Below, piece by piece: positions 40,063 to 49,803 of a stretch of DNA of 64,000 bases; position 1 is the stretch's first letter; the number at the start of each line of letters is the position of its first letter. The notes beneath the pieces were generated by a model, which made no database searches, was not told where the DNA came from, and saw only the letters and a list, made by a program, of their open reading frames with translations. Both the position numbers and the translations under genes were made by a program. The stretch comes from Fimbriimonadia bacterium (GTDB lineage Bacteria; Armatimonadota; Fimbriimonadia; Fimbriimonadales; JABRVX01). Location of the stretch: assembly GCA_041483895.1 (NCBI GenBank), contig JBGPGO010000006.1, positions 1 through 64,000 on the forward strand. Reading direction: 5' to 3'.

Positions 40063-40524
40063 GATGTGTTGGGGTTCTCGACAGCCGATACCCCCGGCCC
40101 GCCGAAACCAAAGACCCCAACACGAGATAAAGAGGGGTGATGTGTTGGGGTCCACTAAGACGTCACCCTGAGCTTGTCGAAGGGTCCCTCTCTAGATGCG
40201 TCGTGGTTTGTGAAGAGTGGACGATGTGTTGGGGTTCACGTCCGCCGATACCCCCCGCCCGCCGATACCCAAGACCCCAACACAAAAAGCCGCGATGTGT
40301 TGGGGTACTCGCCCGCCGATATCCCCGGCCCGCCGAAACCAAAGACCCCAACACAAAAAGCCGCGATGTGTTGGGGTACTCGCCCGCCGATATCCCCGGC
40401 CCGCCGAAACCAAAGACCCCAACACGAGATAAAGAGGGGTGATGTGTTGGGGTTCTCGACAGCCGATATCCCCGGCCCGCCGAAACCAAAGACCCCAACA
40501 CGAGATAAAGAGGGGTGATGTGTT
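40063..40524 (+). repeat. Repeat family D mosaic array: five full 61-nt units and two partial units, with an embedded family E element
   Basis: Units gatgtgttggggt...accccaacac at 40063, 40223, 40294, 40365 and 40441; linkers gagataaagaggggt or aaaaagccgc recur. Confidence 0.95.
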
Positions 40525-42256
40525 AAGCCCTCGTCACCGGCTTCGATCGGATTGCCGATCGGAAATAGAGCCAGGCGGCCAGCAGCAACAGTACGCCCGT
40601 TCCCGAAAAGCTGAGCGCCAAATAGCCTTCGCCCATCATCGGCAGGTCGGAAAGCAGCAGTTTCGCCGCCGCCAGCGCAAACAGGGAGATACCGGACCAG
40701 CGCACTGCCGGGTTCATCTTGCCCGCCCCAAATCCGATGAGGCCGAGACCCCACAGCGCCCAAACAATGCTCAACATCGCTTGCGCCAGCAGTTTGTCGT
40801 GCCGCAGTTCGGAGAAATAATCCCAGACCTCCATGCTGGACGCCAAGAGGCCCAACCCGTTCGCAAATACGGCGTAGATCACGGTCATTCGCCGATTAAT
40901 CTCGCGATGGCCCTGAATAAAGAAAACACACATCGCCGTCGCCGCGATATACGCAACGAGCCGATCATTGAACCAAGGATGCCATTGCGCAAAGCTGTCA
41001 ATGAATAGCATCCGGGTGATGGTCAAAGCCGACAAGACCAGCGCGGCAATCACGGCCCGCTGATGGGCCAGCCGGAATCCGATCCACAGCACGGCGCACG
41101 ATTCCGCCGCCCAGAAAATGGTCGGGACAGCGCCGGAGAACTGCACCGGGAACGCGATCGTGAGCAGAGTCACCCCGATCCCATAGCCCAACAGCGTCAG
41201 AGTCTCCAACTTTGGCCGCGTCTGTCGCAGGGTCCAGCCAAGGCCGAAGAAGAAAACGGCGAGCGAGAAAGTGAAGGATCCGAAATAGGGCTGCCAATCG
41301 ACTTTCAAGAACAGGAGACCCCAACATCCCAAGAAGTAAAATGCCCCGGTCAGAAAGAAAACGGCAATCTCCCAGTCATGCTCCTTCTCCGGCTCACGCG
41401 CTGCGGAAAAGCACGATGCCGCAAGGAATTCCAGGAAGTAGAGCGTCATGAAGATGAACAGCGGCTGGTCCATCGCCGACGACTCCGGCACGAAACGAGG
41501 CGCGATGTGCGCGATGCCGCATGCCGTCGCCGCGATCAGCGAGGAAAGCGTGAATGCGGGCCAGCTCTGCCGAATGGCCACGCCGAGGACCCCCGCGTTG
41601 AGCACCAACAGATAGATCAGGAAAAGCTGCTCCTGCTTGTCGGCAACACCCAGCACGTATGCCGTCGTGTAGCCGCCAATCGTCGCCAAGACCGCCGTCA
41701 GCAGCGCATTTCTCCAGATCGCGAGACCCATCGCGCCGGCCGTGACGAGCGACGTGAAAACGATCCCCTGAACATCGGTCAGCGCGGCATAGCGCAGCCA
41801 TCCGTAGTAGAGCGCCACATAAATAAGGGCCAATCCGCCGCCGTGGAGCAGGTGCCCAAATCGGGCATAGATGCCACGCGCCGCTTCCCCGGCCAACATC
41901 AAAAGCAGCCCCGCCGCGACCCCCACCGCCATGCCGGCCGTCGCGGTCAGCACCTTCGTCTCCACCGACCAATGCAAGAAGTATCCGAGTCCCGCGAAGA
42001 GGGCCGCGATCGCGAAATATCCGAGCACCAGCGCGGTCAGCTCCGTGTTCTCTTGTTGCGCCGGCTGGGGTACGGGGGCGGGCGTTTTCGGCAGTGGAGG
42101 AGGCGCGATAAATACGGGCTGCTCGGCCCTCGGCTGCCGCGTGATCTTGGCCGCCCAGGCCGGTCGCTCGGGATAGAGCGCGCTCTCGATTCGCTTCAGA
42201 CGTTCGTCGAGGCGCTCAAGAAATTCGAGGATCCGATCTTCCTTCTCCTCGGCCAT
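40523..42256 (-). CDS. DUF2339 family membrane protein
   Basis: N-terminal coiled coil and Pro-rich linker, many transmembrane helices, L.GGG...Y, C-terminal KL...DL...SF..G..LL. Confidence 0.85.
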   Translation of the reverse strand: MAEEKEDRILEFLERLDERLKRIESALYPERPAWAAKITRQPRAEQPVFIAPPPLPKTPAPVPQPAQQENTELTALVLGYFAIAALFAGLGYFLHWSVETKVLTATAGMAVGVAAGLLLMLAGEAARGIYARFGHLLHGGGLALIYVALYYGWLRYAALTDVQGIVFTSLVTAGAMGLAIWRNALLTAVLATIGGYTTAYVLGVADKQEQLFLIYLLVLNAGVLGVAIRQSWPAFTLSSLIAATACGIAHIAPRFVPESSAMDQPLFIFMTLYFLEFLAASCFSAAREPEKEHDWEIAVFFLTGAFYFLGCWGLLFLKVDWQPYFGSFTFSLAVFFFGLGWTLRQTRPKLETLTLLGYGIGVTLLTIAFPVQFSGAVPTIFWAAESCAVLWIGFRLAHQRAVIAALVLSALTITRMLFIDSFAQWHPWFNDRLVAYIAATAMCVFFIQGHREINRRMTVIYAVFANGLGLLASSMEVWDYFSELRHDKLLAQAMLSIVWALWGLGLIGFGAGKMNPAVRWSGISLFALAAAKLLLSDLPMMGEGYLALSFSGTGVLLLLAAWLYFRSAIRSKPVTRA

Positions 42257-42284
42257 GCTTCATTGTAGCTGATATCACGCAGCA

Positions 42285-42471
42285 GCCACCAAAGACCCCA
42301 CCGCTGTCACCCTGAGCTTGTCGAAGGGGCCCTTTCTCGATGTGTTGCGGTACTCGCCAGCCAATAGCCCCAGCCCGCCGATACCCAAGACCCCAACACA
42401 AACTACGGACGCTGTGTTGGGGTTCTCGACAGCCGATATCCCCAGCCCGCCGATACCCTAGACCCCAACAC
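42285..42471 (+). repeat. Partial D, family E (gtcaccctgagcttgtcgaaggg) and two family D units
   Basis: E at 42306-42328 is identical to 40162-40184; D units at 42339-42399 and 42411-42471. Confidence 0.92.
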
Positions 42472-42474
42472 CAA

Positions 42475-42780
42475 CTACCCCCACTTCTTCCCGATCTCAT
42501 CCAACCCCGCGCGGCTCAGATCGTCCGGCGACATGACGATGTGAAAAGTCACGTCCGCATTGAACTCCAAGAACCAGGGCTCGCAAAGAGCCGGCACCTT
42601 CGAGGGGTCCGCAACGTCCACAATCATTATCGCCCCACGCATCCCGTCGTATTCCGTAAAGTAGACCGCCTCGGGCCGTATGGCTTCCAAAATCCGCTGA
42701 ATTTTGCCGCCGGCGCTGCCGTCCCTTACGGACGGGTTGAAATGCTTGTGAGGGATCTTAACGTGCATCAGCATTCGCAT
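42475..42780 (-). CDS. Small conserved hypothetical protein (GYD/DUF3303-like)
   Basis: PEAVYF.E..G.RG...IV...EPWFL.FNA.V; AAGGAG before ATG 42780. Confidence 0.8.
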   Translation of the reverse strand: MRMLMHVKIPHKHFNPSVRDGSAGGKIQRILEAIRPEAVYFTEYDGMRGAIMIVDVADPSKVPALCEPWFLEFNADVTFHIVMSPDDLSRAGLDEIGKKWG

Positions 42781-43034
42781 GGTGAGTAGCTCCTTTATCA
42801 GAAATATTTGTCCTTTTCCAATTGCCTGTACGAAGGAAAACCGCAATCTCGTGCCCGACCAGCTTACCCCCGATACGCCAAGGTGCACGCACCGGCTGCG
42901 CACTTCCCGTGATCGGCATCCTTGCCCGTGATGTAAAGTGTCAAGGATGTCCTGTCAGAAGTGTAAAGTACGTCTTGTTAGCCTACATGTGATTGTTGAG
43001 GGATGTCACTCTATGATATGGGATTGTGTGCTGT

Positions 43035-44249
43035 CTACCTTGCAAGCGGCCTGCGGGCGAAGCGCCAAAGAGTTAGATCGTAGACGATCTTTAGACCACC
43101 TGCCACGAGAAACGGTATTCCAAGCACAGGGGCAGCGAATGCCATGCCGGTAAACAATGGCGAAATGGATACCCCAACGCTGCGAGCGATATTCGTAATT
43201 CCGCCAGCCGCTGAGCGCTCATCCGGCTCGACGGAGGCCATTACGAAGGCCTGTCTCGTGGGCACGTCCATTTGCGATAATGAGAATCGCGCGAGCAACA
43301 TTGCAAGCGAGACGCCGAAGTTCGGCATGAGCGGAACAAGGATCAAGAGCAGGTTCGAAGGAATGTGAGTCCAGACCATCGTATTGACGAGGCCAAATCT
43401 CTTAGCGAGTCTGTTGGCAACGAGCGCCGAAACCCCGGCCAGTAGGTTGCCGAAGAACAAGATCGTCCCCATTTGCGCTTCGCTTGCACCGTAGCGAAGA
43501 TGGAACCAATAGGCAATGAGGCTCTGCATGACGAACCCGCCCGCGAACGCGTCTATTGCAAAGAGACCCGACAGCGCAAATACGATCTTGTGGCTCTTGT
43601 GCAGACCGAAGCGAGTTCCCTTATTGGCATCGCGATTCGTGCTCTCAACTCTTGGAGACAGGGCAGCATACAAGACGAGCATGGCGACACCAACCGTACC
43701 GTGTCCAATGAGGACGCAGCGATAGGCGCTGATGTCAGAGAGTCCAAAGCCGTGCAGCGCCTCAACACCGAGCCCACTCGCGAGGGAACCAAGCGCCGCG
43801 GCGAAATAGCCAACCAGGTTGTACCAAGCGAAAATTGAAACGCGATGGTCATGGGGAAGCTCTTCCGACAGACCCGCCTGTTCGATAGGCAGGAAGGGGC
43901 CGATTTCATTTCCCGAAGGGCTAAGTACGCCGATCGTGGCGGCCACAACGAGTAGCCAAAAGGAGCCGGTAAGAGCGAACACTACCGAAGAGAACAGCAT
44001 TAGGGCCGCGCCGATCATCAACGTCTTGCGGCGTCCGTACCGATCCGCCCGCGTCGTCAAGAAGAGCGAAATCGCCGTGTCGCCGAGCAAGGTGAGCGAG
44101 AACAGAAACCCGATCTGAGTGTTCGTAAGCCCCACCTGTCTCAGATACACAGCGATGACGACGGAGAGCATGCCGTATGCGAACATGCGCAGGGCACGCG
44201 CCGAAAAAAGGAGCCGAAGATCCCTGCCGGTCAGCTTCTGAACGTCCAA
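43035..44249 (-). CDS. MFS transporter
   Basis: ADRYGRRK motif, about 12 transmembrane helices, SQMDVPTRQ. Confidence 0.92.
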   Translation of the reverse strand: MDVQKLTGRDLRLLFSARALRMFAYGMLSVVIAVYLRQVGLTNTQIGFLFSLTLLGDTAISLFLTTRADRYGRRKTLMIGAALMLFSSVVFALTGSFWLLVVAATIGVLSPSGNEIGPFLPIEQAGLSEELPHDHRVSIFAWYNLVGYFAAALGSLASGLGVEALHGFGLSDISAYRCVLIGHGTVGVAMLVLYAALSPRVESTNRDANKGTRFGLHKSHKIVFALSGLFAIDAFAGGFVMQSLIAYWFHLRYGASEAQMGTILFFGNLLAGVSALVANRLAKRFGLVNTMVWTHIPSNLLLILVPLMPNFGVSLAMLLARFSLSQMDVPTRQAFVMASVEPDERSAAGGITNIARSVGVSISPLFTGMAFAAPVLGIPFLVAGGLKIVYDLTLWRFARRPLAR

Positions 44250-44256
44250 TTGAGTT

Positions 44257-44610
44257 TCACTGCGAACTGTCCGCTCTGGGGTCCAAAGGCACGAAGTCCT
44301 GATTCGTCCTTGTCCGTCGGATCTCGCACGACGCGGACCTTGTCGAGGATTGAAGTCGGGCTACACGCTCTTGGTTTAGCTGGACCAGGTGGGCGATCTC
44401 GGCGGCATGCGACCAGGCCGGATCGGTGAGCTTGCCGGTCAAGACGACATCCGTCTCAACGGTGGGAAAGTTAAGTGACTGTTGAGCGCATACGTTCACG
44501 CATGGCACGACGAGCGCAAGCGCGCTTAGGAATCGAGGCCGTATCCTGCAGAACGGAAGTGAGGGAATCCCGGCAACAGGCTCTCGCGATGTCACCGGGA
44601 ATCTTCTCAC
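44257..44610 (-). pseudogene. Probable remnant of a CBM9-like/DUF5916-type exported protein
   Basis: Signal-like segment then VVLTGKLTDPAW..A; similarity appears to continue in another frame (KVRVVRD...GLRAF) and then ends. Confidence 0.5.
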
Positions 44611-44972
44611 TTGACTTTCTTCACGTAGATGACCTGCGTTCCGCCCTTCTTCACAAGAGTACCGGTGACAGTCACCGTCGATGCCATTTTGTCGATCAGC
44701 ACGTCTTTGGCCGGCTGATGGTCTTCATTTCCCATGAGGACGTAGACGTTGCCCTTCTTATCGACGATTCCCATCGGATTTCCGGCCTTGGCGCAGGTCA
44801 TTCCGCACTCCTTGTGCTTTGCGCCCCGGCTTCCATCCTCGAGAAAGCACCAAAGGTCGACAATTTCGCCTTTGATGCTAACAGTCTTGCCTTTCGGCGC
44901 AGCCGAAAGGGCTCCGGGTAAGGCGATCGCCAAAGCGATTGCCAGGACTATGAATCGAGTTGCTTTTCTCAT
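44607..44972 (-). CDS. Small secreted hypothetical protein with conserved-looking Cys/His motif
   Basis: Signal peptide; GEIVDLWC...HKECGMTCAKAGNP; V.VTG. Confidence 0.8.
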   Translation of the reverse strand: MRKATRFIVLAIALAIALPGALSAAPKGKTVSIKGEIVDLWCFLEDGSRGAKHKECGMTCAKAGNPMGIVDKKGNVYVLMGNEDHQPAKDVLIDKMASTVTVTGTLVKKGGTQVIYVKKVK

Positions 44973-45065
44973 CTTTTTCTCCTCAATCAGAATTCTGTTC
45001 GTTGATTAATTGGAGCCCCAGGCAAAGCAAACTATATGCAGGGTCGAATGCACGTGGGTGTCTCC

Positions 45066-46052
45066 CTACTTTTTCGTTGGCTCCATGACCCATAGCACGG
45101 GTTTACCTCCCACGTCCTTCAAAGCCAAATAAACTCTATGCGTCTTCTGATCGACCGACACGGTATGTGAATGCGGCGCGCGCACGGCCCCAATATCCGT
45201 TAGCTTCCCGCCAGCCTCCTGGAACACGTTGACGACTCCCGATTCGCACGCCACATACAGTCTGCGCAGACCCAAATCGAAGGCTAACACGTCCGGCCCA
45301 GACCCGACAGGCAGTGTCTGGATCACCTTCATAGAACCAAGGTCAACCACAAGCAGTTTCGCATTCCCTTCACACGAAACGTAGGCGAGCCCGCGCTCAT
45401 CGTCGACCAGAAATCCATGCGGATGGTGGCTGCCCGGCAAGGGATATTTCCCGATCAACTTCATCGTCTTCGGATCAATGGCGGCCATCTCATTCTTTGT
45501 CTGGACCGCAACCAGAATTCGATGATTCTTCGCGTCGTAGCGTGTGTTTCCCACCTCCCCGCCCAATTCGACCTTGCCGAGCACCCTATTTGTCACGGCG
45601 TCGATGACCAGTTCAATCTCGCCGGATTCGTCGGAGACGAATACTCTCCTCTCCTTCGGTGCGTAGGCAACACCGTCTGGGAAGTCGGCCCCCTTCAACC
45701 GTGCAAGAATCTTCAGGGTCTTGAGATCGGAGATCACGACCTCATGCGTCCCCGCCGCCGAAGCGAACAGCTTTCCCACTTCCGGCACGGCCAGCACACC
45801 CGTCACTGTCGCGTATCCGGGTAGATCCGCGATCACCTTGTTGTGGATTACGTCTATAACGACGAGGTGGCCATCACCCATGTGCGAAAGAAAAAGCCGC
45901 CCGGTATTCTCTTCCAAGGATTGGTAGTCGAAGCGGTTGGCTGATCCCGGCAGCAAAATCTCGGCGACTTTGGACAATGGTACCTGATGGCCTTGGCACC
46001 CCAGTCCGAGGATGGCGAGCGGGATGAACGTGCGCAGCACAAAGGATGTCAT
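45066..46052 (-). CDS. YncE/YVTN-family beta-propeller lipoprotein
   Basis: Lipobox GLGC; RFDY, PDGVAY, PHG and PDVLAFD blades. Confidence 0.85.
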   Translation of the reverse strand: MTSFVLRTFIPLAILGLGCQGHQVPLSKVAEILLPGSANRFDYQSLEENTGRLFLSHMGDGHLVVIDVIHNKVIADLPGYATVTGVLAVPEVGKLFASAAGTHEVVISDLKTLKILARLKGADFPDGVAYAPKERRVFVSDESGEIELVIDAVTNRVLGKVELGGEVGNTRYDAKNHRILVAVQTKNEMAAIDPKTMKLIGKYPLPGSHHPHGFLVDDERGLAYVSCEGNAKLLVVDLGSMKVIQTLPVGSGPDVLAFDLGLRRLYVACESGVVNVFQEAGGKLTDIGAVRAPHSHTVSVDQKTHRVYLALKDVGGKPVLWVMEPTKK

Positions 46053-46213
46053 GATCCATACACACTCACTGTAAAGTCGCTATTCGAGCTGGAAGCATCC
46101 GAATTGGACACGACGCCCACCCCGCTCTTCCCGGCGATGTTGCCATCGTGCAATTTCCGAACAATCACATTATCGAGGCTCTTTGGCCCCCTCCCGTGAT
46201 GGTCACGCAACGA

Positions 46214-46702
46214 TTAATCTGCCTGCCGCTTTAGCTCGAACTTCGCTGTGTGGGATTCTTTGCCGTCCGCCCACCCCTTCCAAACGCTCTCGATCTCGTC
46301 TGGATTCTTGAAAAAGATTGAAAGTTCGTGCATGTGGTGGTCCGAAAGCTTCATGTTTGAGCCATGATCGAACTTGAAGTTCAAATAGCGCGCGTCCTTT
46401 GCCGGCGTGAACTTAAGCGAAGGCTGGTTGCCGGATGAGCAATAGTGCGTCAGCACCAGTTTGCCATTATCCATGTGATAGACCGTCAACATCTCGGTGT
46501 CCGTACCGGGAAACTGTGTCTCGGCGAGCGCGCTCCCCGCTCCGGTCAACGTATAGGTCACCACGATGTCATTTCCCATCAACCTTCCCTTCCAAGTCCC
46601 AACAAGGCTCTTCAGCTTGGCGAAAGCAGCCTCCGCAGGCGTCTCAGCAAAAGCTGTCGCGCCCAATCCGAATATCACCGCCAATAGAAAGACACGCTTC
46701 AT
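46214..46702 (-). CDS. Secreted hypothetical protein
   Basis: Signal peptide; LKSLVGTW.G, M.TVYH.D...LTHYC..GNQP; GAGGAGG ribosome-binding site. Confidence 0.85.
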   Translation of the reverse strand: MKRVFLLAVIFGLGATAFAETPAEAAFAKLKSLVGTWKGRLMGNDIVVTYTLTGAGSALAETQFPGTDTEMLTVYHMDNGKLVLTHYCSSGNQPSLKFTPAKDARYLNFKFDHGSNMKLSDHHMHELSIFFKNPDEIESVWKGWADGKESHTAKFELKRQAD

Positions 46703-46757
46703 AGTTCCTCCTCAAGTGCTTACATCGCCTGAACAGTATAACCCGTTGCAACGCGTC

Positions 46758-46859
46758 ATGGTGTTGAATGTCGGATTCGTAGGCGCGGGCCAGATTGCCG
46801 ATATTCTTCCGTCCGCCATTTCCAAAGGCCCGCGTATGACCACGGCGGACGTGGCATAG
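46758..46859 (+). pseudogene. N-terminal remnant of a Gfo/Idh/MocA-like NAD-binding oxidoreductase
   Basis: MVLNVGFVGAGQIAD Rossmann start followed by a stop after 33 codons. Confidence 0.45.
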
Positions 46860-47023
46860 CGATTCGATATCAGAGCTTCCACCACATCTGGGACACCACC
46901 CCGTCGCGCCCGCAGCCACACTTCCGAGTGCGGCCAGCGGTCCAAAAGACCTAAAGAGTAGACACGCGTCTATATCTCCTGGTACAATTCTTCTCAATGC
47001 CTGCAGGCAGTCGGTCGGAAAAC

Positions 47024-47039
47024 TAGTCACATGTGACTA
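47024..47039. promoter_or_regulatory. Perfect 16-bp palindrome, candidate operator
   Basis: tagtcacatgtgacta in an intergenic region between divergent genes. Confidence 0.5.
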
Positions 47040-47133
47040 TCATCCGGGACGAAGCGGATAGATTCCTGCCCACAAGGCAAGGGCATCCGAAGGTGGAGTT
47101 CTGGTTACGGGTTGGGTGGTTACCGTCAACGAT

Positions 47134-47730
47134 CCTGTCCTGAGCGGCTACGACGGGCTTGTCTCGAGCGCAGTCGCAGGACTTGTCCCGAGCGAACGTG
47201 AGGGAACAAATCGGCACTGGCCACCCTTCCCACCAAAAAACAATACGAAGACAGTATCTGAATGCGTTGCGGTCTTTCGTGGTCGGCAAGCAAACCGATC
47301 CGTCAGACGTGAACCCCAACACATCGAATATCCCCACACCTGCCCCCTACCCCAGCCGGCGGGCCGCTTCCTGCTGTCTGACCGATCCCCCCATCGGCTA
47401 TAATCCCCCCATGCCAAGGAAGGGAACCGGTCTGTCCGCCGGATGGTGGATTTCGCCGCTGCTATTTTTGCTCATCGTCGCTGTTGCCTACGTCGCCTGG
47501 TGGGTTCCCAGCCATCGGGCCGCCCCACCGCTGGAAGTCAAGTTCGCCGGCGAGCGGCGATGACGACTCCAGTGTTGGGGTCTGAGGGTGACGGCATTCG
47601 ATCCGTTGCGGTAAGCGAGAACCCCAACACATCAAGAACGAGGTGCGGGCTTTGAAGCGCACCAATCAGACGCCTCGGACAGATCGGTCCGATCTGTCCG
47701 ATCTGTCCGATCCGACCGATCAGTCCGATG
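47134..47730. repeat. Mixed repeat zone: three 24-nt E-like units, two inverted D copies and a 9-nt-period palindromic repeat (family I)
   Basis: 47134-47205 c(c/t)tgtc..gagcg units; D at 47264-47325 and 47572-47633; tcggacagatcgg-t-ccgatctgtccga at 47675-47701 with further gtccgatc units. Confidence 0.85.
47411..47563 (+). CDS. Small single-TM protein, or remnant of a longer gene
   Basis: TATAAT shortly upstream of the ATG; clean hydrophobic helix; stop lies next to a family D repeat. Confidence 0.45.
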   Translation: MPRKGTGLSAGWWISPLLFLLIVAVAYVAWWVPSHRAAPPLEVKFAGERR

Positions 47731-47755
47731 CGACGGCAACCAACACGGTGAATGC

Positions 47756-48817
47756 ATGAAAGTCGGACTGATCGGCTACCCCCTCACCGGAAAGACAACC
47801 CTCTTCCGCGCGGCCAGCCGGGGGACCACCGCCGGGGACGTGGCCGCGGTCCCCGTCCCGGACGAGCGTTTCGACACCCTCGCCCGCCTCAGCGAAAGCA
47901 AAAAGCTAAGCCCCGCCCATGTGGATTTCCAAGACAACGTGGGCCGCTTCAGTCCCGGCGAGGGCAAAGCCGCCGCGCGCAACTTCCTGGACGCCGCCCG
48001 CAAGATGGACGTGCTTCTCCATGTGGTGAGAGCATTCGACAACCCAATGGCCCCCTATCACACCACCGTCAACCCCTTGCGCGACCATCGGGGTCTGGAA
48101 GAAGAGCTGATTTTGGAGGACCTCGCATTGGTGGAGACGCGCCTGGGCCGGCTGGCAAAAAGCATGGCCGCACACCAAAGCGGCTCGGCGGAAAGCAACG
48201 AATGGCGCCTCCTGGAAAAACTGAAGGGATCGCTGGAAGGCGGAACCGCACTGCGAGCTATGGAGCTTGGCGAAGAAGAAGAAAAGCTGGCCTCCGGATT
48301 CCAATTCCTTTCCGACAAGCCGTTGGTCTGCGCGCTCAATGTCGGTGAGGACAAAGCGGCGGCCGACGCGGAGACGGAAGCGCCGGACCTCGCCGCATAC
48401 TGCTGCGAGCGGCATATCCCTTGCGCCGCCCTCTGCGCCTCCTACGAAGAGGAGGTCGCGACGCTGGATGAGGGAGATCAGAAAGCGTTTCTGGAGGAGG
48501 CTGGGTTGGCGGCTCCGGCAGCCCACCGGCTCATCCGGGCCGTCTATGACGCAACGGAAATGATCACCTTTTTCACCACCGGTCCGAAGGAGACGCGCGC
48601 TTGGCCCATCCGAAAAGGCGCCACCGCGCTGGACGCGGCGGGTACCATACACAGCGACCTAGCTCGCGGCTTTATCCGTGCCGAAATCGCGAGCTACGAG
48701 GATTGTGTGGCGGCCGGCGGCTGGGACCAAGTCCACGCTGCGGGAAAGACCGCTCTGTACGGTAAGGAATACGTCATGCGGGACGGCGAAATCATAGTTG
48801 TGAGGTTCAAGGTTTGA
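47756..48817 (+). CDS. ychF: YchF-family Obg-like ATPase
   Basis: GYPLTGKTTLF, VPDER, HVVRAF, ITFFT.G..E.RAW, AG.IHSD..RGFIRAE, GKEYV..DG. Confidence 0.88.
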   Translation: MKVGLIGYPLTGKTTLFRAASRGTTAGDVAAVPVPDERFDTLARLSESKKLSPAHVDFQDNVGRFSPGEGKAAARNFLDAARKMDVLLHVVRAFDNPMAPYHTTVNPLRDHRGLEEELILEDLALVETRLGRLAKSMAAHQSGSAESNEWRLLEKLKGSLEGGTALRAMELGEEEEKLASGFQFLSDKPLVCALNVGEDKAAADAETEAPDLAAYCCERHIPCAALCASYEEEVATLDEGDQKAFLEEAGLAAPAAHRLIRAVYDATEMITFFTTGPKETRAWPIRKGATALDAAGTIHSDLARGFIRAEIASYEDCVAAGGWDQVHAAGKTALYGKEYVMRDGEIIVVRFKV

Positions 48818-49800
48818 AGAGATGTGGATATCTAGCGGTTGCGGTCGGGCTTGCTCTTTGCGCGGCATGTATCCCGAGAGAAGCCAAGGTGGATCCGTTT
48901 GCTTCGAAAAAAGAGAAAGAGACTGTGACCGCCGGCCAACCCGCCGGCAACGGACCCACAAATCCTGCCCCCGCTCCTTCGCCGGCGATCGAACCGACGT
49001 TCACCAAACCCGCCCCGGAAGTTGCTTCCAAAACCGAAGCGGTCAACCATATCCAAATAGCCGCTGGGTACCTGCTAGCCTTGCAGCCGCTGCTTCGCAC
49101 ACAAAGACCAATGAGTCCGGCCGACATCGTGAAGTGGGTCGAGACTGAGATGGTCAAACAGCACGGGAAGAACGCGCTGATCTCGCCGATTACGAACGCG
49201 CCGTACACTTTCGATGCCCAAGAAATGTTGAAGGAAGGCTACCTTGGAGTTTGTGCGGAGAGCAAACCGGAGCCCGATGGCACTCGGCTCGTCGTGATTA
49301 CCACGGGTGTGAAGGACGGGAAGGCGCAGCTCAAAGTGGTCGGAATGGAAGAAGCGAAAAAGTATTTCTCCACAGATATCAAACCGAAGATCGAGAAGAT
49401 ACAATCCGACGCGAAGTTCCATCAACCCGCGCTTGATACTCCCGAGGGACAGTCGGTCAATTACGTGAAAGATCTCGCCCAAGCACTGGCCCGCTATGCG
49501 AACGACAACGGAGGAAAGTTCCCCGTGGCGAAGGACTCGATGGCAATCAAGGAGCAGATGCTCAAGTACCGACCGGTCATGCCGGACAAATATTGGGTTT
49601 CACCCGTAACAGGCGCGCCTTACGCGTTCAACCAAGAGCTGCTCAAACTGGGACTGGCGGGTCTACAAAAATATCAAGGTCCGCCCGCCGCGATCATCTA
49701 TGACTCCAAACCGATGAAGGACGGCTCGCGCGTGGCTCTGACCACCGTCGGAGGTCCCTGGCGTCTTCGGGCCGAAGAGTTTGCGAAGCTCAAGAAATAA
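48814..49800 (+). CDS. Hypothetical lipoprotein with two internally repeated domains
   Basis: Lipobox-like CAAC; repeats SPITNAPYTF...SKPEPDGTR and SPVTGAPYAF...SKPMKDGSR. Confidence 0.75.
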   Translation: MKRCGYLAVAVGLALCAACIPREAKVDPFASKKEKETVTAGQPAGNGPTNPAPAPSPAIEPTFTKPAPEVASKTEAVNHIQIAAGYLLALQPLLRTQRPMSPADIVKWVETEMVKQHGKNALISPITNAPYTFDAQEMLKEGYLGVCAESKPEPDGTRLVVITTGVKDGKAQLKVVGMEEAKKYFSTDIKPKIEKIQSDAKFHQPALDTPEGQSVNYVKDLAQALARYANDNGGKFPVAKDSMAIKEQMLKYRPVMPDKYWVSPVTGAPYAFNQELLKLGLAGLQKYQGPPAAIIYDSKPMKDGSRVALTTVGGPWRLRAEEFAKLKK

Positions 49801-49803
49801 GCG

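Noticed and set aside
40137..40518. Several short ORFs with repeated peptides
   Set aside because: They are translations of the family D repeat array.
40063..40524. CRISPR array
   Set aside because: Units are 61 nt, linkers are short and repeated rather than unique, no cas genes are present, and the same unit is dispersed elsewhere.
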